Below, piece after piece: positions 54,239 to 63,225 of a stretch of DNA of 64,000 bases; within the stretch, counting starts at the first letter, position 1; each line of letters starts with the position of its first letter. Below the pieces are notes generated by a model, which was given only the letters and a program-made list of their open reading frames with translations, did no database searches and was not told the DNA's origin. The stretch is from the IMG/VR virus record IMGVR_UViG_3300037400_002732, positions 64,001 to 128,000 of that record; one strand, given 5' to 3'. The stretch is from a virus (Duplodnaviria > Caudoviricetes). A program made the translations under genes and the position numbers.

Positions 54239-55939
54239 ATGCTAATTAAAAAGCAACAAGAAAATGACAACATGGCGACTCGATTGCTGAGCCACGTTAG
54301 GGATTACGGCTTGGCTAACGAACGCGGTGCCATATTCGACCGAATATTCAACCGTGGTGACGTTATTCGTCAAATCAGGGCGTCTCGAAATGTTGTTGGT
54401 CAAGGCATCAATCAGATGCTGTCACCGGACGGATCCGCGATTGACGGATTCAGTATGTATATGCCAGCCCTTGGCATAAGCGGCGCGAACAAGATTGATC
54501 CGGACAAGATTCAGAACGCGATTGCCGAGAACCAAGCGCAGCTTTACTGGAAGAAGAACCAAGAACGCGCTCGCAAGTACGATACGGTCGCTTCTCGTTC
54601 CGAAGTGAACGAGTCACTAATCCAGATCTGTAACGAAGGAGTCTACAAGGACGACGTGGATGAAATCTGCTCGCTTGACATCGACCACGACGCCGCTATC
54701 GGCGATCCGGTGCGAAAGAAGCTGGGAAAGATTTTCCGTCAAGACGTTCTACGACGCATCATGCACTTCCACCAAGACGGCTGGGAATACATGAAATACT
54801 TGCTGACTCGCGGACGTATCTTCTTCGAAGTTATCTACGATCCCAAAACCGGAAAGATCGAAGGCGTGAACATGTTGCCCGAAGAGCACATGATTATCGT
54901 TGTCCAAGATAACTTGATTATCGGCTATCGTCAGATGCTTACTGGTGCGCTTGCGTCGCAGACGAACGGCAAGAATTATATCGACTTCTCTCCGAACCAA
55001 ATCTTGTATGCGTCGCTTGGCATGACTGGCCCAGGTGGCGTAAATGACCCTCGTTCTATTCTTGAACCAGCAATGAAGCCGTATAACCAACTGAATACGA
55101 TTGAGGATAGCGTGGTTATGTACCGTGTTCTCTGGGGTTCAGAAAAGCTCATCTTGAAGGTGGACGTGTCTGGTATGACCAAGGCGACTGCCGAAAAGTT
55201 CATGAAAGACCAAGCTAAGATGTTTAGCCGCCGTCTTGACTATAACTCGATGACTGGCGAAGTGACTAACTTCGGTACTTCTCCTGGATTGACTGAGCAC
55301 TTTGTTATTGGTGTCGGCAATGGCCGTACTGGTTCTGGTATTGAACGTATGGCTGGCGGTGAACAGCTTGGAAATATTGATGACTTGAAGTTCTTCAAGC
55401 GAAACCTTGTCAACTCCTTGATGGTTCCGCCGGGACGCATCACTGCACTCGCTGGCGACTCTAATAATTACTCACAAGGTAAGATCGGCGAAGTCACTCA
55501 AGCCGAAGTGTCTTTCGCTCGTCTAGTTCAACGCTATCAGACTCCGTTCGAGACGATTCTTATTCGTCTGTTCGTGATGGTGCTGAATACTGACAAGACT
55601 ATCGACGACTCGATCAAGCTCCAAGAGTTCTATACTGTACGCTTCAAGAAGTCCAATGGTTTCCAGAACTTCATTGACTCGGAAGTATGGACGACGAAGC
55701 TTGCGGTCTTCGACTCGATGATGAAACACGTTTCGTCCAAGGAAAACCCGAACGGCGCGTTGTCCAAGCAAGCTGCACTTCGTTGGGGCCTTCGCCTCAA
55801 TGATGAACAGTACAATCTCAACAAGGCATGGTGCCTTGAAGAAAAGAAGGAAGAATCTGGTGAAGCTACTGGCGATGACGGTGGCGATTCCGGTGCTGGT
55901 GGCGACATGGGTGCTGGCGGCGGTATGCCGGGTATGTAA
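54239..55939 (+). CDS. gp20: Portal protein (T4 gp20-like)
   Basis: AMKPYNQLNTIEDSVVMYR, VDVSGM..ATAEKFMK, GGEQLGNIDDLKFFKRNL..SLMVPPGR, EVSFARLV. Confidence 0.95.
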   Translation: MLIKKQQENDNMATRLLSHVRDYGLANERGAIFDRIFNRGDVIRQIRASRNVVGQGINQMLSPDGSAIDGFSMYMPALGISGANKIDPDKIQNAIAENQAQLYWKKNQERARKYDTVASRSEVNESLIQICNEGVYKDDVDEICSLDIDHDAAIGDPVRKKLGKIFRQDVLRRIMHFHQDGWEYMKYLLTRGRIFFEVIYDPKTGKIEGVNMLPEEHMIIVVQDNLIIGYRQMLTGALASQTNGKNYIDFSPNQILYASLGMTGPGGVNDPRSILEPAMKPYNQLNTIEDSVVMYRVLWGSEKLILKVDVSGMTKATAEKFMKDQAKMFSRRLDYNSMTGEVTNFGTSPGLTEHFVIGVGNGRTGSGIERMAGGEQLGNIDDLKFFKRNLVNSLMVPPGRITALAGDSNNYSQGKIGEVTQAEVSFARLVQRYQTPFETILIRLFVMVLNTDKTIDDSIKLQEFYTVRFKKSNGFQNFIDSEVWTTKLAVFDSMMKHVSSKENPNGALSKQAALRWGLRLNDEQYNLNKAWCLEEKKEESGEATGDDGGDSGAGGDMGAGGGMPGM

Positions 55940-55946
55940 TGGAATT

Positions 55947-55970
55947 TGGCGGTCAATGACCGCCATTTTT
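55947..55970 (+). terminator. Intrinsic terminator after portal
   Basis: TGGCGGTC-AAT-GACCGCCA-TTTTT. Confidence 0.8.
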
Positions 55971-56104
55971 CATTTCAATGTAGGTTTTTGACCATTTTTT
56001 CACGGCGTTTCGCGATATCCCTAAACAATATATCAAGAAACGCCTATCAGAGCATGTACCACGATGGTTATGCCGAGAAGGCAATAACTACGAAGGTACA
56101 ACTT

Positions 56105-57598
56105 ATGCAGACTCTTCAGAAAAAGAACCTCTCGAATAAGTGGCGCGCCATTCTTGAATCCAACCTTGGTCGTCCTATTCGTACTCGCGCTGAAGCCAGC
56201 GTGATCGCTACCTTGCTCGAAAACCAGAACAAGGTAAACCGTGGTGCTATGCTTGAATCCGCCAACGTTTCCGCTGACGTGGCTCAGTATCAGCAGTACG
56301 CTCTTCCGATGATTCGTCGTCAGTTCCCAGAACTTCTCGCGATGAACACGGTTACTGTCATCCCGACAACCACTCCGCAGGGCATCTACTTTGCTCTCCG
56401 TTACCTCTACGAAAATGAACCGCTCAAGACCACTGCCTTCCGTCAGGGTCAGAAGCAAGAAATCGGCTACGACCTCGTTGCTGATCACACTGGCTTCGCT
56501 GGCACGTTCAATCCGTGGACGACTGGCATGGGCGAAATGCTTTCCAACTACATGGAAGGTACTGGTGTTAGCGGTGCTTCTGCTAACGGCAACTCTTTCG
56601 ATCCGAATCAGCCGGGCCTCCTTTACAACAACTTCGGTGGTTCCTACCTCGCTGGTGATGACCAGTACGGTGCCTACAGCTTCAACATCAAGAAAGCCTC
56701 TATCAAGGTGATCTCTGGTGCTATCCGCGTTGGTACACGTGCTATCAAGTCTCACTACACCATCGAACTCCAGCAAGACATGGCTGCCGCTCACGGCCAG
56801 GATGTCGAAGCTCTCCTCCTCGAAGGTCTTCAGTTTGAAATTCAACAGAACATCGACCGTGAAATTCTTCAGGCCATGGTTCTCGTTGCTCAGACTCCGG
56901 CTCTCGGTGGTGAACCTGCTATCCAGATGGATCTTGCCGATCCGAACCGTCTCAATGCTGGTATGGGCCGCTGGGCTGCAGAACGCATCGCTGGTGGTAT
57001 CGTAAACACCATCATCGCTGTTTCTCGTAAGATCGCCCTCACGACTCGTATGGGTTGCGGTAACTTCGCAATCGTCTCTCCGGACATTGCCGCTGCTGTC
57101 GCTACCTTGAACAACGGTATCTACACGCCGACTTACCTCCAGACCGATGCTGCTGTGCAGCCGAACGGTGGTGTTGCTGATGCTGGTTCTCTTTTGAACG
57201 GCAACATCAAGCTCTACCAAGACATCTACGCTAACGCTTCTTATGCCCTCTTGGGTTACAAGGGCCCGCGTCAAGGTGAGTCTGGTATCATCATGATGCC
57301 TTATATCCCTTATATCTTCTGCAAGACCGCTGGTCAGGAAGATGGTAGCCCGCGCTTGATCGTGAAGTCTCGTTACGCCATTGTGGCTAACCTTCTCGGT
57401 GCTGGTCAGTTCTACCGCGTTATCCACTTCTCCAACGTTAACAGCGTAATCACTGGTATCGATCTGGAAAACAACCCGTGGCAGTCTAACGGCTCCATCG
57501 GTGGTGCTTCTCTCCAGGCTGGCCTCTCTTACGAAACTGTGCCGAACGGTGTGGTTAACGTTCCGGGTGGCTTGAGCTACGAAGACAACAACTGGTAA
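56105..57598 (+). CDS. gp23: Major capsid protein (T4 gp23-like)
   Basis: KWRAILE, TLLENQ, PMIRRQFPEL, GIYFALRY, TRAIKSHYTIELQQDMAAAHG, EIQQNIDREI, GYKG, PYIP, KSRY; ATG 56105 (AAGG RBS) rather than TTG 55946. Confidence 0.96.
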   Translation: MQTLQKKNLSNKWRAILESNLGRPIRTRAEASVIATLLENQNKVNRGAMLESANVSADVAQYQQYALPMIRRQFPELLAMNTVTVIPTTTPQGIYFALRYLYENEPLKTTAFRQGQKQEIGYDLVADHTGFAGTFNPWTTGMGEMLSNYMEGTGVSGASANGNSFDPNQPGLLYNNFGGSYLAGDDQYGAYSFNIKKASIKVISGAIRVGTRAIKSHYTIELQQDMAAAHGQDVEALLLEGLQFEIQQNIDREILQAMVLVAQTPALGGEPAIQMDLADPNRLNAGMGRWAAERIAGGIVNTIIAVSRKIALTTRMGCGNFAIVSPDIAAAVATLNNGIYTPTYLQTDAAVQPNGGVADAGSLLNGNIKLYQDIYANASYALLGYKGPRQGESGIIMMPYIPYIFCKTAGQEDGSPRLIVKSRYAIVANLLGAGQFYRVIHFSNVNSVITGIDLENNPWQSNGSIGGASLQAGLSYETVPNGVVNVPGGLSYEDNNW

Positions 57599-57629
57599 TC
57601 TTTACCAGTCGTCTTAGAACGCCAAATTT

Positions 57630-57660
57630 AAAGGCAGTGGAGCAATCCGCTGCCTTTTTT
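57630..57660 (+). terminator. Intrinsic terminator after capsid gene
   Basis: AAGGCAGTGGA-GCAA-TCCGCTGCCTT-TTTT. Confidence 0.88.
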
Positions 57661-57721
57661 GCGTTTGTTTTGGCCAAATAATCTGCATCGCGGTTTTGTT
57701 GATAAAATGTTAACATAAACC

Positions 57722-57730
57722 TTATAAACT
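57722..57730 (+). promoter_or_regulatory. Putative late promoter TTATAAACT
   Basis: 27 bp upstream of ATG 57758. Confidence 0.72.
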
Positions 57731-57757
57731 ATTGCTTAACCGAGCGGTAGTTAATTG

Positions 57758-57934
57758 ATGAAAACCAAGGACACTAAACAGTTATTGACTGGAATTTTGA
57801 ACAACGACACGGCAACCGTCAAACGGATTGTCAATGCGTATTTCGAGTCTTGTTTTACTGCTGAGATAGATAAGGCGTCCAAGGCCGTCATGGAGTCTAT
57901 CGGCAAAGAGGGGAAGGCTTTGTATGGCAACTAA
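57758..57934 (+). CDS. Small 58 aa protein, candidate prohead core protein (gp67-like); not in the ORF track
   Basis: MKTKDTKQLLTGILNNDTATVKRIVNAYFESCFTAEIDKASKAVMESIGKEGKALYGN; follows a late motif and overlaps the protease start. Confidence 0.65.
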   Translation: MKTKDTKQLLTGILNNDTATVKRIVNAYFESCFTAEIDKASKAVMESIGKEGKALYGN

Positions 57935-58688
57935 CAACATTTACGGTGACGCTATATTTGAGGGTTCCAGTGCTGCCTTGGTCGATCGCAAGGACATTTT
58001 TGGTAATCTTGTCAAGCGTCTGATCATTGAAGGTACGGCTATCCGCTGTGATGTTCCTGGCATTAACAACCGTGCATATCCGAAACGCATTATTGAACGA
58101 GAAATGAACCGTCTTATCAAGGACTTCGTTGCTCGTGGCCGCTTGGCGGCGTCTTTGAATCACCCTCGTCTTGGTGCCGACGGCACGGCGAAGGACTATC
58201 CGATTTTTGAAATGGACTTGGACAGCATCTGCGCCTTGATCGAAGACCTTCACATGGAAGGCGACGTTCTGAAGGTTCGCATGGTGGTTCTGGAAGAGAC
58301 CAAGGCTGGTCATCAGCTTGCCGCCCTTATTCGTGGCGGTTATCATCCCGGCTTCTCTCTGCGTGGTGCTGGTAGCACCATCAACATGGGCGAGCATGAG
58401 GAAATTGCTGACGACTATACGATGATTACTATCGACGTTGTTGGTAACCCATCTTTCGGCCAAGAAGCAATCTTCACCGCTCGTCAAGAATCTGCAGAAG
58501 CTAACGGCGCGAAGGCTTTGACCGAAGCTGCGACAGGACCACGACCGCTGGTCGAGTCTGTAACGGACGTAATGGCTCGCTATGGCAAGGAAATTGAACG
58601 CACTTATACCAATTTCGTGCTAGGCCCAGGACGTTATGACAAAAACGGACTAATTTCTGCATTGCGAGGCTTCAATTCATGCAATTAA
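57924..58688 (+). CDS. gp21: Prohead protease (T4 gp21-like)
   Basis: LIIEG, INNRAYP, LNHP, ETKAG, GFSLRGAGS, TIDVVGNPS. Confidence 0.95.
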   Translation: MATNNIYGDAIFEGSSAALVDRKDIFGNLVKRLIIEGTAIRCDVPGINNRAYPKRIIEREMNRLIKDFVARGRLAASLNHPRLGADGTAKDYPIFEMDLDSICALIEDLHMEGDVLKVRMVVLEETKAGHQLAALIRGGYHPGFSLRGAGSTINMGEHEEIADDYTMITIDVVGNPSFGQEAIFTARQESAEANGAKALTEAATGPRPLVESVTDVMARYGKEIERTYTNFVLGPGRYDKNGLISALRGFNSCN

Positions 58689-59605
58689 ACGCAGTACTTA
58701 CAGAAGAAGAAATGTCCGGCCTAAGTCCGGAAGTCGTTGCCAAGATCGAATCGGCTTGCAACGCAGAAGTGGCCGCCGCTACTGAAGGTAGCACGGATAA
58801 ACAGCGCAAGCAAGTCGAGAAGATGCTTGAGGCTGTGTCCGACAAGGCCGACAAGATGATTATGGAAGCGGTGGCTGAAAATGTCGAGAAGTTAAAGACA
58901 GACGCCATCAATGGCAAGATGTACAAGGCATTGAGCGCGATGTCAGCTGTATTGGAAAGCGTCGGCATCACTATTTCGCTCAACAACAGTACATCCGAAG
59001 AAACCAAGAAGCTGCGAGACTTGCTGGCTCAAGCCAATCTAAAGCTCAAGTCTGCTTATGCCGAGCGAGAGAATTTGAAGGACAAGCTCAATGATGCTGA
59101 GAAGAAGTCCTATATCATGCGTCTCGTACAAGGTATGAAGCCGAACGTGGTGCAAGCTGTTATGGATCACTTTGTCAAGTATGACGTGCGCGACATTACT
59201 TCCGACAGCATCATGAAGTTCATTGACGGTTCTTCCAACGACGTGTATATGATGGACGTCGATCCGGAACGCGACAGCAAGCTCAATATGGACAACGTCG
59301 TGAGTGCGCTCAAGGATATTGATGCGGAACTCGACCGTGAAACCAAGCTTGAAAGCGTCAAGGACATTGACGGAATGTTCGAGTGCGAGGAAGCGGATGA
59401 ACCGACTGTCGAACCGCAGCTGGAATCGCTTACCAAGGGACTCAAGCCGCAACGCGCCTCTCTCGCGAACAATACCGACGCTCTGTTCGAGGATGCAAAC
59501 GCCGAGGGCCTTACCGACATCCAGACGGACGACGCATCCGATATTGCAGCAGCCATGTCTAACGTCCAAGCTTTTGAAAATCTTGGACTTGGAAAATTTG
59601 CCTAA
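58679..59605 (+). CDS. gp22: Prohead scaffolding protein (T4 gp22-like)
   Basis: Acidic coiled-coil protein directly after the protease; LSPEVVAKIESA..AEV N-terminus. Confidence 0.7.
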   Translation: MQLNAVLTEEEMSGLSPEVVAKIESACNAEVAAATEGSTDKQRKQVEKMLEAVSDKADKMIMEAVAENVEKLKTDAINGKMYKALSAMSAVLESVGITISLNNSTSEETKKLRDLLAQANLKLKSAYAERENLKDKLNDAEKKSYIMRLVQGMKPNVVQAVMDHFVKYDVRDITSDSIMKFIDGSSNDVYMMDVDPERDSKLNMDNVVSALKDIDAELDRETKLESVKDIDGMFECEEADEPTVEPQLESLTKGLKPQRASLANNTDALFEDANAEGLTDIQTDDASDIAAAMSNVQAFENLGLGKFA

Positions 59606-59625
59606 TCTCTCCTTAGTTGGCTCCG

Positions 59626-59657
59626 AAGGGGCTCGGTCGAAAGGCCGGGCCTCTTTT
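59626..59657 (+). terminator. Intrinsic terminator
   Basis: AAGGGGCTCGGTC-GAAA-GGCCGGGCCTCTT-TT. Confidence 0.85.
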
Positions 59658-59693
59658 GATATAATTTCTTAGGTTGGACTGAAACTGCCTAAC

Positions 59694-59702
59694 TGATAAA
59701 CT
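59694..59702 (+). promoter_or_regulatory. Putative late promoter TGATAAACT
   Basis: AACTGATAAACTAGGCGTGTA is identical over 21 bp to the site at 42774. Confidence 0.82.
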
Positions 59703-59722
59703 AGGCGTGTAGAAGAGGAAAT

Positions 59723-60418
59723 ATGCAACAAACAGACTATTCAACCATTGCTCCACGCGGACAAGCTCCACAGCCGCAGTACCCGCCACAGAATCCGGGT
59801 TATGCTCCGCAGCAAGGATATCCGCAACAAGGATACCCACAGCAAGGTTATCCGCAGCAAGGATATCCGCAACAAGGCTATCCTCAGCAAGCCGCATATC
59901 CACAGCAAGGTTACTATCAGCAACCTCAGCAGCCAGCCCCTCAGTATGCACAGCCAGCTCCGCAGCAGCCGCCTCCGAATGGCAACTATTTCATTCCGCA
60001 GTCTGCGATGAACGGCATGGAATATTCCGAAGAATTCCGTCGTGCTTATGAAACTAACAAGGCGGCGTTCGACGAAATAAACAAGAAGATCAAGGCTGGC
60101 GTAAACGAAAGCGAAGCTGTAAAGCGTGTCAAGGAAATGACCGCCTACAAGACCAAGGTCGATGCCACATTGAAGGAAATGGGCTGCGCGACCAACATTA
60201 GTCAAGTGCTGGCGATTATTGAAGACCTCTGTCTGTCCCTTGAGCATCCGGATCAGTGGATTCCGGCGGCTCGTTCCAAATATGTCGAACCGATGCGTAA
60301 GCAGTCTGCGCCGATTGTCGATGTACTGAGAAAGACTGCAGCAACAATTAAGAAGCTGTCCGTTCCGGCAGCTGGGGCCCAACAAGCCCAGCCAGCCGCG
60401 CCAGCAGCTGAAGGATAA
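59723..60418 (+). CDS. Protein with N-terminal PQQGY repeats and helical C-terminus
   Basis: GAGG RBS and late motif; P/Q/G/Y low-complexity region. Confidence 0.8.
   Translation: MQQTDYSTIAPRGQAPQPQYPPQNPGYAPQQGYPQQGYPQQGYPQQGYPQQGYPQQAAYPQQGYYQQPQQPAPQYAQPAPQQPPPNGNYFIPQSAMNGMEYSEEFRRAYETNKAAFDEINKKIKAGVNESEAVKRVKEMTAYKTKVDATLKEMGCATNISQVLAIIEDLCLSLEHPDQWIPAARSKYVEPMRKQSAPIVDVLRKTAATIKKLSVPAAGAQQAQPAAPAAEG
59807..59914 (+). repeat. 15 bp imperfect tandem repeat (PQQGY x about 7)
   Basis: CCGCAGCAAGGATAT-type units with synonymous variation. Confidence 0.85.
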
Positions 60419-60422
60419 GTAA

Positions 60423-63221
60423 ATGGACGCACCGTCAATCAGTTTGCTGAATTACACATTCCCTTTTGAAAAGGACGACTTTAGTACAGCCGTCCAGTTC
60501 AAGAATGCCGACAAGGTTGACGTAAGTGCGTACGTTCGATCCGTTGAACTTGAATCAATAAATGGAGCCGCCAACGGATGTTGGCTAACGCTCGAAGGCG
60601 ATGACAATGTACTGCTTAATTTTCCTAGCATTACTCCAGTTGAAAAAGAAACGTACCGCAAAATTCCGCTAAAGTTCGTTGTCGGCTATACCGACTACGA
60701 TGACGAAGATTACGACGATGCCGACGTAATGTACACGACCAACGTTATCAATGTGTATGCGACCGAGTTCGGCGATGCCGACCCAGTTATATACTACATC
60801 GAGAACCTTGCCAGCAAGGCTGGCGAAAGCGAAAGCGTAGTAATTCATGGCGGCAACCTCACTGACGGATTGAGTATAAAGTTATTCGACGGCGAAAATG
60901 AATATGTAATTCCTCCGGAGGACATCGTATTCGATATTGAGAAAGGAACCGCTACGTTCACTATCGCGCCAGGTATGCTCGACATGAACGATGACGGCAC
61001 TGAACCGTGTGGCCAGTATGAAATTTATTTCAGCTACGGCGACCAGAATTACGGCAACTCCGGTCTGGCTCTGATACGGTATAAGTACGATGCCGAAACC
61101 GAAGAAATGCAAAGATATTCAGTCGAGGCCGTAACTCGCGAGAAGGCTTGCTACGACACTGGCGAATTCTCTCTGGTGTTTGACAACGTCGATGAAAATG
61201 GCAATGCCGTTCTGAACGCCAAGGCGGATCCTCGATATGGCGAGTCCGTTGTTGTACGACGTCAGACGGCTTCGTATTACGAACAGAATCACTACGTCTA
61301 TCACGAGAACATCGACTCGCTATATGGCTTCATGAAGTTGAAGAACACGCTGGATGAATACGGAAATCCGACTATCCAGATTATGCAGTATGGCGAACTA
61401 TACAACGTCGATGACGACTATGCCGAGGTAAATCTTTGGCAAGGCTATCCCATCTACCTTGATGGCCAGACAAATTCAGAAGAGAATGGTCTCTGGTTCG
61501 TTACTGGCGGCGTATGGGTAAGGGATCCTTGCGAAGCTTTCGTATATACGATGGTTCGCGTAAAGCATAACAAGAATCTTACGCACAAGGCTGGCTTGCT
61601 GAAGCTGGACGGTGTGCAGTTGTATGATGGTGACGTGGTATGGCTATCCCACCAGCTCCGTGAAGAGGAGAACGGTTTGTGGGTTGTTCGAATTGGCGAA
61701 TGGGAAGGGTTCAATCCGTATGAGTACAATCCGATTTCTCCGGAACCGCTTGACTGTCCGGCCAACTGTCACAAGGAAGAAGTTGCCTTCCCAGTCACCG
61801 ACTTTGTATTGGTAGACTTGGGCGCGAAGGCTACTTACCAAGTAGACTATGTATGCCGTGACGATGTTCCATACAAGTGTGGGACTAGAACTATTTGCAA
61901 TTACAAGGTGTCGCCGGGCCATGTAGTCGCTCTGCTGAATCAGAAGGACGGTGGCGACGGAATTTATCTGGTGAAGTGTGGCGAATGGGAAAAGATTGGC
62001 GATGTTAGCGAAAGCGATGTCAGCGGAACCACCATTGACTTTAGCCATCAAGTCATCGTTCAGAACGATATTGACTTCTGTCAGTGTGGCGGAGTATTCC
62101 ATATTGATTATTTCTTCCTTACTCCGTCGTGCTATTTGAACCATCTTCAGCGCAGCGTGAAGATTATGTGCGGCGATGCGTCCATTGCTCCGAACCCAGC
62201 TGAATCTCAGTTCAGTATTACCGAATATGTTATCCGTGTCGGCGAGGAAGATGCGTTGATTGGTTACCAAGGCCGTACTCCAGGCGATCCGGTCAAGGAA
62301 GACTGTGTGGAAGCTAATGATGATTTTGAATACGATTTCGGTTTGACCCTTGTCGAACGCAGACAGTATGTCAAGAATCCGAGCTGCTTGCGCTCGCCTA
62401 TTTGCGAACCGATATGCGACGTGCCTCGCATATTCAACTTGCGTACTACCAAGGACTATACGAACAGTAACGACCGTAATGGGTTTACGATAAAGTTCTG
62501 GCGTCATGAAGAAGACGGCTGGCACCTTTATGCCTACATCGGTTCTGGTATGCAAAATACTGGCATGGACTACTATGTGTATCACCTTCATGTGAAAGGC
62601 AAGGCGACCGAGAACCAAGTCGATGTGAACGAGCACGACTGGTTTACTGTGACGACTGGCTACATTGCCGATGGCGACGGATTAGTGTACGATGATGAAA
62701 ACCATATAATTGGATCAGATTCGTTCGGACTCTATGATGACAAGTGGGAATTCGAGGTGGTTGATAGCAACGGTGATTCGCATATTGAACATACGTTAAA
62801 CCGCGACACATTGTATATGCCGTGGCGTATTTCGTGTACTACGAATCTGTTGGCTCATGGCTCCCTTTATGATCATGAACCGAGGACAACTTGCCAAGAC
62901 ATGGAAATGGGTTCAAAGACCATCGAAGCGATTGGCGACGTATGCGATTACTGCAACGGTACTGGGATAGATGACAATGGTGACAAATGCGCGGTGTGCG
63001 ATGGTACTGGTCGTTCGCCGTCTGGATATCTGGTTGGCATGTTGCATGTATTCGACGTAGCCTACTACACAACGGCCATGACAAAATCGCAGTTTGTCGC
63101 AGAGTACAACAAGTACGCCAGCAGCAAGACGGATTGCATCTGGTATGAATTTAACGAAGTCATCGCAACCGATGATGAAGATCCGATTGTAACGGATGAT
63201 AATGAACTTATAAGGAGATAG
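60423..63221 (+). CDS. Putative tail/fibre-associated structural protein
   Basis: IPT/TIG-like segment; three L.gQ....ENGL/IW/Y.V..G.W repeats of a type seen in phage fibre proteins; Cys-rich; CxxCxGxG pair near the C-terminus. Confidence 0.65.
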   Translation: MDAPSISLLNYTFPFEKDDFSTAVQFKNADKVDVSAYVRSVELESINGAANGCWLTLEGDDNVLLNFPSITPVEKETYRKIPLKFVVGYTDYDDEDYDDADVMYTTNVINVYATEFGDADPVIYYIENLASKAGESESVVIHGGNLTDGLSIKLFDGENEYVIPPEDIVFDIEKGTATFTIAPGMLDMNDDGTEPCGQYEIYFSYGDQNYGNSGLALIRYKYDAETEEMQRYSVEAVTREKACYDTGEFSLVFDNVDENGNAVLNAKADPRYGESVVVRRQTASYYEQNHYVYHENIDSLYGFMKLKNTLDEYGNPTIQIMQYGELYNVDDDYAEVNLWQGYPIYLDGQTNSEENGLWFVTGGVWVRDPCEAFVYTMVRVKHNKNLTHKAGLLKLDGVQLYDGDVVWLSHQLREEENGLWVVRIGEWEGFNPYEYNPISPEPLDCPANCHKEEVAFPVTDFVLVDLGAKATYQVDYVCRDDVPYKCGTRTICNYKVSPGHVVALLNQKDGGDGIYLVKCGEWEKIGDVSESDVSGTTIDFSHQVIVQNDIDFCQCGGVFHIDYFFLTPSCYLNHLQRSVKIMCGDASIAPNPAESQFSITEYVIRVGEEDALIGYQGRTPGDPVKEDCVEANDDFEYDFGLTLVERRQYVKNPSCLRSPICEPICDVPRIFNLRTTKDYTNSNDRNGFTIKFWRHEEDGWHLYAYIGSGMQNTGMDYYVYHLHVKGKATENQVDVNEHDWFTVTTGYIADGDGLVYDDENHIIGSDSFGLYDDKWEFEVVDSNGDSHIEHTLNRDTLYMPWRISCTTNLLAHGSLYDHEPRTTCQDMEMGSKTIEAIGDVCDYCNGTGIDDNGDKCAVCDGTGRSPSGYLVGMLHVFDVAYYTTAMTKSQFVAEYNKYASSKTDCIWYEFNEVIATDDEDPIVTDDNELIRR

Positions 63222-63225
63222 CTGT

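Noticed and set aside
55946-56104. 53 aa N-terminal extension of the capsid ORF given in the track
   Set aside because: It starts at a TTG inside the portal terminator; gp23 similarity and the RBS point to ATG 56105.
57599-57757. tRNA or other RNA genes in intergenic gaps
   Set aside because: No cloverleaf or T-loop GTTCRA pattern found; the gaps are explained by terminators and promoters.
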